64,000 bases of DNA from Treponemataceae bacterium. Its GTDB lineage: Bacteria; Spirochaetota; Spirochaetia; Treponematales; Rectinemataceae. This document shows, piece by piece, positions 11,901 to 19,790 of the stretch. A program made the position numbers and the translations under genes. Below the pieces are notes generated by a model. It was not told where the DNA came from, searched no databases, and saw only the letters and a program-made list of their open reading frames with translations. Position 1 is the stretch's first letter, and each line of letters starts with the position of its first letter. The DNA lies in assembly GCA_963677895.2 (NCBI GenBank), contig CAXXGJ010000017.1, positions 1-64,000 of the forward strand. The letters are read 5' to 3'.

Positions 11901-12675
11901 CCCTGAAGCCGAAGCCGACGGAAACGTCGGCGCCCAGATCCTGGAAGGAAGGACTCCAGAGATCCAGCGCCACATCGAGATTCCAGTTGTAGGATTGGAG
12001 AAGATAACTTCTCATGCCGAGGCCGAGGGTAAAGGCCGAAGGATAGGAGCTGGCGGCGCCCCCGAAAATCCCCGTCAACGGCACCGTGGAATAACCTCTG
12101 CCGATATCGAGGATGGATAAGCCGAATCGCGTGTCCTTCAGGAACCCAAGATTTCCCGCAAACCAGGTGGCGCCGAGATCGAGCCCTATTCCCCAGCCAA
12201 AATTAGCGTTCCCGCCGAGGGTGATGTCGATGGCGCTTCCAATATAAAGCGTGGAAAGAAGATCCTTGGAAAAATTTGCCCTGACGCTGCCGAATGTGCC
12301 CAGATCCATGTCCGTCATGGTCGCGGGGACCGAGAAAAAACTCGCGCTGCCGCCCCATACGCCATAGGGAACCGGTATCGAAAAGGAAAAGGCCGCGCCT
12401 GAGCCCCAGCCCTGAGCCGCGGTCCCGAAATCGGTGATTCCGGTATACCCCGCTTCGATCTGGGTGAGCTGGCTTCCCCCCGTCGCCGAAGGGTTCAGCT
12501 GCGTAGCCCATGGCGAAGCCGGGCCGGTGACCGTAGGCGTTGAAGCCAAACCCCAGGGGGAATAAAGGGAGCGCAGGAAAAAAGCGCCTTGGGGAGGGTC
12601 ATATCCGAAAACGAATAAACTGCATGTTATTGCAAGGATGAACGCTGCGGTCAGGGTTTTCTTCATAAAGGACAT
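5950..12675 (-). CDS. Giant exported protein: signal peptide, probable beta-barrel N-domain, 16 FlgD-Ig-like repeats, C-terminal OmpA peptidoglycan-binding domain
   Basis: MKKTLTAAFILA signal; 16 copies of [FIM]SP[ND]xDG...W[DN]G...PDGxY; C-terminal EGHAN...LSTGRA...NRRVEF. Confidence 0.85.
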   Translation of the reverse strand: MSFMKKTLTAAFILAITCSLFVFGYDPPQGAFFLRSLYSPWGLASTPTVTGPASPWATQLNPSATGGSQLTQIEAGYTGITDFGTAAQGWGSGAAFSFSIPVPYGVWGGSASFFSVPATMTDMDLGTFGSVRANFSKDLLSTLYIGSAIDITLGGNANFGWGIGLDLGATWFAGNLGFLKDTRFGLSILDIGRGYSTVPLTGIFGGAASSYPSAFTLGLGMRSYLLQSYNWNLDVALDLWSPSFQDLGADVSVGFGFREYVSLRLGWSIGMRDTIAGSGRSFLPSLGISGTIPLGKGFTLGKRSHKDASVSTSAAIAPLYDSLYAIGAGFNLSFGIKDKTAPVIEAELPVPFRGTAYISPDGDGKQDTLEIPVKISDERYIAGWKMTVEDKSSGKIIKTLGMSNDRVETVSGIGVLGDALVYTKKNVDVPQSIVWDGRDDLGMKVLDDAYTVSLVSWDDNGNYNLDYQSCITVVVDAKKPVANVWPLEPSMLFSPDGDGSKDNLAFRNAGSPEKTWTIDIADASGKVIRAYEYNDSAPGDFTWDGTAADGKRAPDGTYSLKLSAEDEAGNKAVSEVRNITIDTTRPAVTIATDESVMSPNSDGIRDSLHITTSIESFKGLESWKVFVLDPERKEVWTVQGGADTRPEQSYLFSGLSSKGEALADGQFEAGVELRYANGYAPQKLSAPFYMDRTPPSASIALADENTVFSPDGDDSRDKYIFSFQSSEEETWNLVIRDAQKSEKVVRHYPQVLPEALEWNGRDDKGGIVPDGEYEVYVFAMDKAGNSFATTSSRVRVDTKKPAVAINLNREAFSPNNDGIAENVTLTPEIETKDGLVSWKFAIASLGQAGRAGISFGSEAGDVLADTYVFEGKDKEGKALAEGRYKAELELVYINGFVAKIGSPEILLDRTYPKAQVKADKVSFNPAGNPEQTKIAIEQSGTKEDLWTAKVLDAKGNSVKKWTFAGELPSLTWDGKGDSGLVVPDGAYKYVVEAQDKAGNSFASREISLEVDTLKKDLKLAADSLCFSPNGDGVKDTLTLSSDATSGTKLTGWNLWIAQAEAGAEPSSGRKAVKSWQGGLVLPQSFEWNGLSDSGIAAPDGAYVAYLNVAYPNGDKAETKVGPFSVDRIPPRASVNASVRLFSPNGDGVLDTITFSQEGTSGDLFKGTVSTGKGEVINSWSWNEKLETLVWDGKDSTGSIVPDGNYHYELVSSDAGGNSYSSGKIPVSVETEKKAVRLSIEQRSFSPNGDGFRDDLGMTVFVQAPERVKSYELRIVAQDGPMAMNAVRVWKGGSAPQSVTWKGETDSGVQAPDGRYAASITVNYLNGDEIEASAPTILLDRIMPRINVSATPEIISPNNDSRSDSVEFTQNSLAGDNWVGSIVAADGKVVKSYSWQDEVRSFSWNGKDETGTVVRDGKYRYVAESVDNAGNRTVSPGITITVESEKKAVRLDANTLAFSPNGDGKKDSILFGASAQYPERIKSYELLIMQEGSGASNLPVKSWRGSSDFRSQYLWDGVTDSGLPAPDGNYRARLTVLYRNDDNLASEVGPFVVDRIAPQATLRLSANIFSPNGDGRSDSVDIAQESVPGDTWQGQIISSGEKIVRYWSWDKQLDSIVWDGKNQTGATVPDGMYYYELRSIDQAENSFVSQRLPIEVDAAKKTVRFDVDQKAFSPNGDNVKDVLYMNIQAPKPQTIREYEIAVHALDAAGNRQANPVKAWRGSADMKDQYAWDGRTDSGILVPDGKYQVALRLLYNNDDAFSLSSPAILVDTVGPTISASAAPLLFSPNGDGNKDTVAFTQNSSVGDDWTGRIRDASGAIVRTWSWKSEAKSFIWDGKNASGAVVRDGVYGYEVGATDLAGNAASAKIAGIRVDGTKPKVYVTTSDTGMSPNGDGIRDEVSFTIVVEQREGIESWRFALIDKKGEEKSFFGGSGSEVPARLVWDGRDLQGQVVQGDYIGKLVVNYSKGDVAQASSAPVLVDVDPPSVTISVDPEYFSPDGDGAGDRLTFGIDVDGAAGIVDWKLEVFETAIVESSNPNAVSSERLFTEWNGKGKPPAKIVWDGKSPRGELVEAASDYPFKFVARDALGNTTTVSGVIAVDVLVIRDGDKLKIKIPSIVFRANYADFVGLSPDIIANNEKVIARVAQILNKFPDYRILTEGHANNVGKMLGYSQSRIDSEETKELIPLSTGRAELVRSMLVQNGVDARRLSVEGLGSRRPVVSFSDVENRWKNRRVEFVLIKNQ

Positions 12676-12897
12676 GGGTCTTCTCCCTCTTATTGCGACA
12701 ATGAGCTAACAAGATAGCTACCACAAATATCCGAAAAAAACAAAGCCGCCGAAACGACTCCATCCATCTTCGAAACGTGGGAACCATCTGTCCCTATTAT
12801 ATGTTTTTCGACAACTTATCCCCTCGGGACAAGTCTCAAGTTTAGAATAGGATCATTCTATCATGATTCGAAAGGATTTGACCCGGAATTTACATCG

Positions 12898-13857
12898 CTA
12901 TTGATAGATTATAAGGCCCGGACGGGGGTCGAGAGCCATCACCTCCGCGGGGGAAAGGAGGGGATTGTCCCAGCCGGCCAAGGGGAATTCCGATTTGAAA
13001 AAAAGCTTGAACCCCTTCACGGGCATATTCTCCGCCTTGGCGATGAGGGAATACGTGCTTCTTTTAAGCGAGGGACTGCCGAAACCATCGGCGGTGTGGA
13101 CGAGGACGACGCGATCGAGATCGGCTTTGACCCTCTCCCTGTTCGAGATCATTTTCTCATGGAATTGGTGGACCACAAGCATCCTGATGCCGGGGATATT
13201 ATTGGTTATTATGTACTCCTGCATGATTCGCTGAGCCTGATTCAGTTCCTCGGCGGTGATGGACCCGATCTCCTTCATCGGAATGAGGGTTCTCCACTCG
13301 GGATCTATTGCTAGATGTACATTGGGATACTTGAGGAAGGGAAGGATTTTCTCCATGGATTCCTTGACCGTATATTTGCCGATCTGATGATCCACGAAGA
13401 CGATCATGCCCTTGGATTGGGCATAGTTGATGTATTCCTCCAGGATGGAATCCTTGAGATAGCCGATATCGCCGCCCGGCCAGCAGGTGCCGTAAATTAT
13501 GTAATAGGCCGGAACGACACCGTCGGAACCGTTCACCTCATCGTAGTAACCGGCATAGGTCTTCACCCTTTGGGCGATTTCTTCCTTGGAGTAGAGCCCC
13601 AGGATGCCCATTTTCCTGGAATTGGGGTGGCCGTAGAACGCGACCACCGTGTTATTCGCGAGCATGGGAACGCGGTCGGCCAGCGTGCCCGCCCCGCCCT
13701 GCAGCGAGGGCTTCGACACCGTCTGAGGCAGGGAATACTGAAAAGCCTTTCTGTACAAGGTTGGGAATAGTCGATACGGCGCATTGTCCGCGGAAGCGAC
13801 GTCGATGATCAGTACAAAGATGAAGAAAAAAAATAGGCCGATTCTTTTCGCGAACAT
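12898..13857 (-). CDS. Conserved hypothetical exported protein
   Basis: Signal-like N-terminus; VAFYGHP..MGILG, VHLAIDPEW, LVVHQF, DGFG, GFKLFF blocks; function not recognised. Confidence 0.7.
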   Translation of the reverse strand: MFAKRIGLFFFFIFVLIIDVASADNAPYRLFPTLYRKAFQYSLPQTVSKPSLQGGAGTLADRVPMLANNTVVAFYGHPNSRKMGILGLYSKEEIAQRVKTYAGYYDEVNGSDGVVPAYYIIYGTCWPGGDIGYLKDSILEEYINYAQSKGMIVFVDHQIGKYTVKESMEKILPFLKYPNVHLAIDPEWRTLIPMKEIGSITAEELNQAQRIMQEYIITNNIPGIRMLVVHQFHEKMISNRERVKADLDRVVLVHTADGFGSPSLKRSTYSLIAKAENMPVKGFKLFFKSEFPLAGWDNPLLSPAEVMALDPRPGLIIYQ

Positions 13858-13980
13858 TGATGCTCCCAATCCTATGCAGCTGAGGTTCTAGTCATATATC
13901 GTCACGATCGGCGCATTTCTTGATCGATACGCCCAAAATTAGCGTCAAGCAACCGATCGGGAATCGCGGAGGGCTGTCGG

Positions 13981-14033
13981 GGGAATATTTTGCTCGGAAG
14001 GGGAACATTTTTCCGTATGGCCAGGAAATTCCT
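13981..14033 (+). promoter_or_regulatory. Candidate enhancer (UAS) sites for a sigma54 activator
   Basis: GGGAATATTTTGCTC (13981), GGGAACATTTTTCCG (14001), GGCCAGGAAATTCCT (14019): imperfect GGGAA-N5-TTCCC palindromes upstream of an AT-rich spacer and a -24/-12 box. Confidence 0.4.
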
Positions 14034-14133
14034 AATAAAAAACGCGGGATAAACAGCTGAATAATCTTAAAAATATTTTTTATTTATAAGTTATATATAT
14101 AATTAAGTGATTTCATATTTCTATTTAATTATT

Positions 14134-14149
14134 TGGCACGAATACTGCT
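14134..14149 (+). promoter_or_regulatory. Sigma54 (-24/-12) promoter
   Basis: TGGCACGAATACTGCT: GG-N10-GC spacing, preceded by about 90 nt of very AT-rich DNA. Confidence 0.7.
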
Positions 14150-14256
14150 TAATAATAGCTGTCCATGAAAATGGATGCGGCGGGATCCGGAGACCGGGCA
14201 TTACAGCAAGCAGGCACCGACACCCGACCGGAATTATGTCTTTCAAGGAGCTTACT

Positions 14257-14781
14257 ATGAAAAAAGCACTTATCGCCGTCGCGATTGCTTTCCTCGTCAT
14301 CGGCGCCGCATCGGCGCAGCCTTTCGCCCAGCAGAGCCGCCCCTGGTTCGGCCAGCAGGGAATGGGACAGATGAACGTGCCCGGCTACGGCCGCGGCTAC
14401 AATCTTCCCGCCCAGAACACCATCGTACTCGAAAAAATCACGCTTGAAGGCAACCTCGAGCTCGTCGACTCCCGCGTAGCCATCAAGAAAGACAACAAGA
14501 CCTACTTCGTGATGATCCCCAATCGCCTCTACGGCTTTGTCGATGGGCTCAAGGAAGGCGCCAGCGTGAAGATCGAAGGATCTTCCCACGAGATCGTCGG
14601 CGTGAAAGACAGCTTCGCTGTGCGTGTCGAAACCCTGACCCTCAACGGCAAGACGATCGACCTCGGCGCTGTCGCCGGAACCTTCGGCGGCCGTGGCGCG
14701 ATGGGCGGTGGAATGATGAGCGGCGGCATGATGGGCGGTCAGAGGCAGCAGGGTGGCAGAATGGGCTACTGGGGTCGCTGA
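14257..14781 (+). CDS. Secreted small protein with Gly/Met-rich termini and a beta-rich core
   Basis: AAGGAG SD then MKKALIAVAIAFLVIGAASA signal peptide; tail GGRGAMGGGMMSGGMMGG. Confidence 0.8.
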   Translation: MKKALIAVAIAFLVIGAASAQPFAQQSRPWFGQQGMGQMNVPGYGRGYNLPAQNTIVLEKITLEGNLELVDSRVAIKKDNKTYFVMIPNRLYGFVDGLKEGASVKIEGSSHEIVGVKDSFAVRVETLTLNGKTIDLGAVAGTFGGRGAMGGGMMSGGMMGGQRQQGGRMGYWGR

Positions 14782-14809
14782 ACCTGAGCGCCATTCCCTG
14801 CTTTGAATG

Positions 14810-14849
14810 AATGAGGCGGCCGCACCGATCGGTGCGGTCGCCTCATTTT
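14810..14849 (+). terminator. Intrinsic terminator
   Basis: AATGAGGCGGCCGCACCG-AT-CGGTGCGGTCGCCTCATTTT long GC stem with T tail. Confidence 0.75.
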
Positions 14850-14881
14850 ATGCATCCCGCATAGCAAAAGCGCTACATAAT

Positions 14882-14917
14882 AAAACAGCCGTCCACAGAT
14901 CATCGTGGACGGCTGTT
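14882..14917 (-). terminator. Intrinsic terminator of rpmB
   Basis: AACAGCCGTCCAC / GTGGACGGCTGTT 13-bp inverted repeat with A-run on the left. Confidence 0.7.
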
Positions 14918-14984
14918 CTTCTTCTAAAAGGTTATCCGCAGAGGCAATCGATCAATGTTGAAAAGCTCTCCGCAAGAACGGCGA

Positions 14985-15176
14985 TCAGACGTATTTGACG
15001 ACTTTGCCGGCCTTGAGACATTTCGCGCAGATTTTCACCGTCTTGACCGTTCCCTCGACCTTGGTCTTCACCTGGATGAGGTTGGGCAGCCAAGCTCTTC
15101 TGGTACGATTCTTCGCATGGGAAACGTTATTGCCATACATAGGGCCTTTACCGCAAACTTCGCATACTCTCGACAT
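14985..15176 (-). CDS. rpmB: 50S ribosomal protein L28 (zinc-ribbon form)
   Basis: [33 protein letters not shown]...CAKC. Confidence 0.97.
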   Translation of the reverse strand: MSRVCEVCGKGPMYGNNVSHAKNRTRRAWLPNLIQVKTKVEGTVKTVKICAKCLKAGKVVKYV

Positions 15177-15205
15177 AGTTGGACTCCAAACGGAATAGTT
15201 CAGGT

Positions 15206-15234
15206 ACTTTACCGGAAATGAACCGGAATGTAAA
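15206..15234 (-). promoter_or_regulatory. Putative sigma70 promoter of rpmB
   Basis: TTTACA-N17-TAAAGT on the minus strand. Confidence 0.55.
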
Positions 15235-15264
15235 GCCCCGAAGACCGCGGGCTATCGCCGATAT

Positions 15265-16596
15265 TCATTTCATGCCGGACATATAATTTGCCATGGCCTT
15301 CTTGCCTTTCGAGGAGACCATCTTCTTCATCATGATGCGCGATTTCTCGAACTTCTTCAGAAGCCGATTGACCTCGGCGACCGATGTGCCTGAACCTTTC
15401 GCGATTCTCGTGCGGCGGGAAGGTCCGATGATGAGGTGATTCCGCCTCTCCTTTTTCGTCATGGAGCGCAAGATAGCTTCTTCGTACTTCATTCCTTCCA
15501 GGTCTATCTGGTCTTCGTTCACCTGACCGGCCAGTCCGGGAATCATGTCGAGCATGGACTTTACCGAACCCATTTTTTTCATCTTCTGCAGCTGGTCGAG
15601 GTAATCCTCGAGCGTGAAGTTTTCTTCCGAGATCTTCTTCTCGAGCGCTTCAGCCTCTTTCTGGTCATAGACGGTCTGGGCCTTTTCCACCAGGGAAACC
15701 ACGTCGCCCATGCCGAGGATGCGGCTCGCAATGCGGTCCGGGTGGAAGGGTTCGAGCCCGTCCATGTGTTCGGAAGTTCCGATGAACTTGATGGCTTTGC
15801 CCGTGACCGACTTGAGCGAAAGGGCGGCGCCGCCTCGCGTATCGGAATCGAACTTGCTCAGGATCACGCCGGTGATGCCGATTTTTTCGTCGAAGGCTTT
15901 GGCGATATCCACGGCCGCCTGGCCCGTCATCGCGTCCGCGACGAGCAGGGACTCGATGGGATTCACGGCATCCCTGACCCTGGCGAGCTCGGCCATCAAG
16001 GCATCGTCGATCTGCAGGCGTCCCGCCGTATCGATGATCACGGTGTCGAAGGATTCCCGCTTCGCGCGGGCGAGAGCCGCCGTGGCGACCCTGACCGGGT
16101 CCTTGGTCTCCTCGGCATGGACGGCGACGCCGACCTGAGCGCCGAGCACCGTGAGCTGCTCCACGGCGGCCGGCCTTACAAGGTCGCAGGCCACGAGGAG
16201 GACCTTCCTTCCCTTGCCCTTGAGCCGATTCGCGAGCTTCGCCGCCGTCGTCGTCTTGCCGGAGCCCTGGAGACCGAGAAGAAGTATGACGGACTGCGTG
16301 TCTGGTCCCCTGATGTTCAAGTCCTGGTTTTCATCGCCCAGGAGGGCAACCATCTTGTCGTGGACGATCTTCACGAACTGCTGACCGGGACTGACAGAAC
16401 GAAGGACTTTTTCGCCCTTCGCCTCCTCCAACGTCGAATTGACGAAGCGCCGCACGACGCGGAGGTTTACGTCCGCCTCAAGAAGCGCCATCTTTATCTG
16501 GTCTACGGCATCGTCTACGTTTTTTTCGGATATGGAAGATTTTCCGCCGATCGTCCGGAACACATCGACGAATTTCTCAGTAATTTTCTCAAGCAT
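15265..16596 (-). CDS. ffh: Signal recognition particle protein
   Basis: ALLEADVN, GLQGSGKTT, DTAGR, DTRGGAALS, RILGMGD, Met-rich M domain. Confidence 0.98.
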   Translation of the reverse strand: MLEKITEKFVDVFRTIGGKSSISEKNVDDAVDQIKMALLEADVNLRVVRRFVNSTLEEAKGEKVLRSVSPGQQFVKIVHDKMVALLGDENQDLNIRGPDTQSVILLLGLQGSGKTTTAAKLANRLKGKGRKVLLVACDLVRPAAVEQLTVLGAQVGVAVHAEETKDPVRVATAALARAKRESFDTVIIDTAGRLQIDDALMAELARVRDAVNPIESLLVADAMTGQAAVDIAKAFDEKIGITGVILSKFDSDTRGGAALSLKSVTGKAIKFIGTSEHMDGLEPFHPDRIASRILGMGDVVSLVEKAQTVYDQKEAEALEKKISEENFTLEDYLDQLQKMKKMGSVKSMLDMIPGLAGQVNEDQIDLEGMKYEEAILRSMTKKERRNHLIIGPSRRTRIAKGSGTSVAEVNRLLKKFEKSRIMMKKMVSSKGKKAMANYMSGMK

Positions 16597-16726
16597 CGGG
16601 AAACCACCATATAGCAAGGGATTGTCGCGAAAAATGTATAGTCAAAAGGCCCCATGGTCAACCGCGTCGCGCCGAGGCCTGGATCCGGCCCGGCTTCGCG
16701 GAAGCTTAGCCTGGGCAAGGCCAGGC

Positions 16727-17290
16727 TTAAAGGGAGCCTTTCAGCCCGACGTCCTCCGCTGCCATCCTCAATGCCAGAATACAGTCGTTTATAAGTTCGT
16801 CCAGCGGAACGCCCAGCATCTCCGCCCCTTTCTCGATGACATCGCGACGGATGGCGGCGGCGAAATTCGCGGTTTTCCACTTTTTCCTGACCGATTTCAC
16901 TTCCATATCCAGCACGCTCCTGGATGGCCGCACGACGGCGCATGCGAATATGAACCCCGTCAGCTCGTCGACGGCATAGAGGACTTTTTCCATGCGGGCG
17001 GTCGGTTCCACATCGCTGCAGAGTCCCCATCCATGGCTCAGGACGGCATGGATGACATCTTCCCCCAAACCGGCCTCTTCAAGCATAGGGCGCGTATGGG
17101 AAAGATGTTCCTCGGGGAACCGCTGATAATCGATATCGTGCAGGAGCCCCACCACGCCCCAGAAATCCTCATCCTCGCCGTATTTCTTGGCGAAATACCG
17201 CATGGCGGCTTCCACCGAAAGCGCATGGCGATACAAAGAATCCTCGCTGTTGTAGTGGCGCCAAAGCGAAATCGCCTCGTCTCTGTTCAT
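16727..17290 (-). CDS. HDIG-domain metal-dependent hydrolase
   Basis: RHALSVEA...GLLHDIDY...AVDELTG...RPS. Confidence 0.85.
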   Translation of the reverse strand: MNRDEAISLWRHYNSEDSLYRHALSVEAAMRYFAKKYGEDEDFWGVVGLLHDIDYQRFPEEHLSHTRPMLEEAGLGEDVIHAVLSHGWGLCSDVEPTARMEKVLYAVDELTGFIFACAVVRPSRSVLDMEVKSVRKKWKTANFAAAIRRDVIEKGAEMLGVPLDELINDCILALRMAAEDVGLKGSL

Positions 17291-17300
17291 GGTCCGCACC

Positions 17301-19202
17301 TCACTTGAGATTGAAGATTATTTTCGCGCCCTCGCCCACCGCCGATCCGGGAGCGGGCTGCTGCGACTGTACATAGCCGTCGCCGTTGATGACGATCCTG
17401 AGGTCCTTCCTTTCCAGAAGCGGCAGGAGGGAACGTTTGGGAAAGCCCGTAAAGTCGGGCATGGTCGATCCGATGGTCGCCAAAGTCTCCACGGGCAGCA
17501 CCACGGATCCTTCGTGAACGACGGTGGGCGATTTGCCGCGCTCTATGTCGATACAGGACAGGACCGCCTCGGCGGCGTCCCTGAGAACCGGCGCCGCGAT
17601 CTGCCCGCCCAGATAGGAGGCTCCGCGCGGCTTTATTATGGCGATATAGAGCACGACACGGGGATTGTCAGCCGGGAAAATGCCCATCGTGCTCGCTATG
17701 TAATCCTTTTCGGAATATGCCCTCGTCTTGGGATCGATCATCTGGGCGGTGCCGGTCTTGACCGCCATCCTGATATCGGAAACCTTGGCGCGCCAGCCGG
17801 TACCCTGCATGCTCGCCGTCGTCTCCATCGCGTCGAGGATGGCCTTCGATGTTTCCTCCGAAACGACGCGGCGGACAAGCTGCGCCTCGTGGGCGAACAC
17901 CTGCTCCCCGTCGGCCGTCTCGATGCGCGAAACCGTCGTCGGCTTGAGAAGGAATCCGCCGTTCGCTATGGCCGCGCCCGCCGTGACCATCTGCAGCGCC
18001 GTCACCATGACTTCCTGCCCTATCGCGATGGTGGGTTTGGATCGGCCCGACCATTTCTCCGGCTCGCGTAGGGAACCCGCGCTTTCGCCCGAAAGCCCGA
18101 TCCCCGTCTTCATGCCAAAGCCGAAGGTTTTCAGCCGCTCGTAAAGATCGTTTTCGGAGACACGGTCCGATGCGTAACCAACGCCCGCGTTGCTGGAATG
18201 AGCCAGGACGCCGGCATAATTCTGTTTGCCGTAGACGCCCAAGTCCTTGATGACGATTTTCTCGCCGCTGGGAAGCGTCCTGCGGTAGGCCCCATCGCAA
18301 TCGAAAATCGTTTTGGTGGTGATCGCGCCCATGTCGAGTATGGAAGCCATGCTGAACAGCTTGAAAACCGAACCGGGTTCATAGGAATAGAGGGAGAGCA
18401 GATCCCTTCTTTTCTCGACATCGAAGGAAGCGTACTTGTTGAGATCGAAGCCCTGCCCGCCGACATAGGCGAGGATTTCGCCCGTTCGCACATCCATGGC
18501 GAGAGCCAATGCGGCCGAGGCGCCATTGGCCTTGACCGCGCCCTCCATTATCTCCTCGATCATATATTGAAGATTCGCGTCTATGCTCAGCGTCACCGTA
18601 TCGCCGCGCGGAACCTTGCGGCCGGGATCCAGATTGCGCCCCGTTCCGTCGGTGGCCTTTCTGGGTTTGGGCTTCAGCTCGCTTTCATATTTGGTCTCGA
18701 TGCCATCGAGGCCGATGTTCCCCTCTCCCGTGAACCCGATCAGGTGCGAGGCCAGCTTGCCTTCCGGATAAAGACGTCCCGAAACTTCGTCGGCCTGGAC
18801 GCCCTTGAATTTGCCCGTTTTCTTGGCTTCGATGATCGGGCGAGCCGTTTCCGAGGAAACGCGCCTGGCGATATAAAAATAATTCTGGCTCCCGTCGTCG
18901 TAGCGGGAGGCGATGCTCTCCGCCGGAATGCCCAGTATCTTCGCCAGTTCGGGAATTTCCCGCCTGAAGGTTTCCGCTTTTGTGGAGGGGCGCCATATCG
19001 AAATATTGTACTTGGGTACATCCATGGCCAGGACACGGCCATTCCTATCCTGGATCGTGCCCCGCTCACCCGAGTCATCCAAGCCGACCTCCCCGCTTTT
19101 TTCGGCGGTGAGGGCGAGCTGGGCATATCTGGCCATGACCAGCGAGGCGAATATCCCGAGAACAACCATGGCCGAAACCAGGCGTATCTTTCTTGTTTTC
19201 AT
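17301..19202 (-). CDS. Class B penicillin-binding protein (FtsI-like) with C-terminal PASTA domain
   Basis: RGTIQDRNG, EPGSVFK (SxxK), SSN (SxN), KTGTAQ, MPDFTG..QSQQPAPG. Confidence 0.9.
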   Translation of the reverse strand: MKTRKIRLVSAMVVLGIFASLVMARYAQLALTAEKSGEVGLDDSGERGTIQDRNGRVLAMDVPKYNISIWRPSTKAETFRREIPELAKILGIPAESIASRYDDGSQNYFYIARRVSSETARPIIEAKKTGKFKGVQADEVSGRLYPEGKLASHLIGFTGEGNIGLDGIETKYESELKPKPRKATDGTGRNLDPGRKVPRGDTVTLSIDANLQYMIEEIMEGAVKANGASAALALAMDVRTGEILAYVGGQGFDLNKYASFDVEKRRDLLSLYSYEPGSVFKLFSMASILDMGAITTKTIFDCDGAYRRTLPSGEKIVIKDLGVYGKQNYAGVLAHSSNAGVGYASDRVSENDLYERLKTFGFGMKTGIGLSGESAGSLREPEKWSGRSKPTIAIGQEVMVTALQMVTAGAAIANGGFLLKPTTVSRIETADGEQVFAHEAQLVRRVVSEETSKAILDAMETTASMQGTGWRAKVSDIRMAVKTGTAQMIDPKTRAYSEKDYIASTMGIFPADNPRVVLYIAIIKPRGASYLGGQIAAPVLRDAAEAVLSCIDIERGKSPTVVHEGSVVLPVETLATIGSTMPDFTGFPKRSLLPLLERKDLRIVINGDGYVQSQQPAPGSAVGEGAKIIFNLK

Positions 19203-19226
19203 CGTTTATCCATGGGAACCAAAAAC

Positions 19227-19676
19227 CTAGAAGCGGGGGAATGGAAGCGCTTTCCCCAGTATATTGTTCATCGGCACCGGGCCGAATTCCCTTGAGTCGA
19301 CGGATTCGTATTTATTGTCGCCCAGGAGGAAGTACGCGGCGCGCCCCCCCGGCCCCTCGGGATTTTCCATGCCACGCTCGATCCAGACTCTCTTGATGAT
19401 CACTTTTCGGGTATCGGGATTGAAGGCGGCGACAATGTCCCGATTCTCCGGCTCTCTCCAGAGAAGGAAATAGCCGCCCAAAGGATTCCTGAGCCCATAT
19501 GCCGCCTTGAGGATGAAAACCATATCATTCGATCCAAAACTTGGAAGCATGGATCTCCCCTGGACCAGGGCTACATCCACTATAAAAGTCCGTCCCAAGA
19601 TCAGCGCCGCTACGACGCAGGCAAGAATCCTGCCGACGCTGATGGAACCGGGCTTCGGTCCGTCGAATCTTTTCAA
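19227..19676 (-). CDS. lepB: Signal peptidase I (S26)
   Basis: GRSMLPS, IIKRV, LLGDNKYESVDSREFGPV; TTG start at 19676 with GGAGG 7 nt upstream; the longer track ORF is an antisense extension. Confidence 0.8.
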   Translation of the reverse strand: MKRFDGPKPGSISVGRILACVVAALILGRTFIVDVALVQGRSMLPSFGSNDMVFILKAAYGLRNPLGGYFLLWREPENRDIVAAFNPDTRKVIIKRVWIERGMENPEGPGGRAAYFLLGDNKYESVDSREFGPVPMNNILGKALPFPRF

Positions 19677-19790
19677 TCCTTTGCCTCCGGGCGCAAATCC
19701 CAACGCAGCATGTTGAAGAAAAAACTTCGATAATATATCGACAAAATTCTTCCGATACTCAAAAAACCTATGGATACCGATACTAACCGG

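Noticed and set aside
13895..13925. Sigma28 promoter (TCAA...GACGATAT) for the 12898-13857 gene
   Set aside because: Spacing one base off the canonical consensus and imperfect -10; not supportable by eye.
14160..14250. c-di-GMP riboswitch in the leader
   Set aside because: A GAAA-capped stem is present but the flanking GGCAAA/GCAAA and second-stem features are absent.
16600..16726. SRP RNA next to ffh
   Set aside because: Hairpins present but no CAGG-CCGGAAGG-AGCAG domain IV motif.
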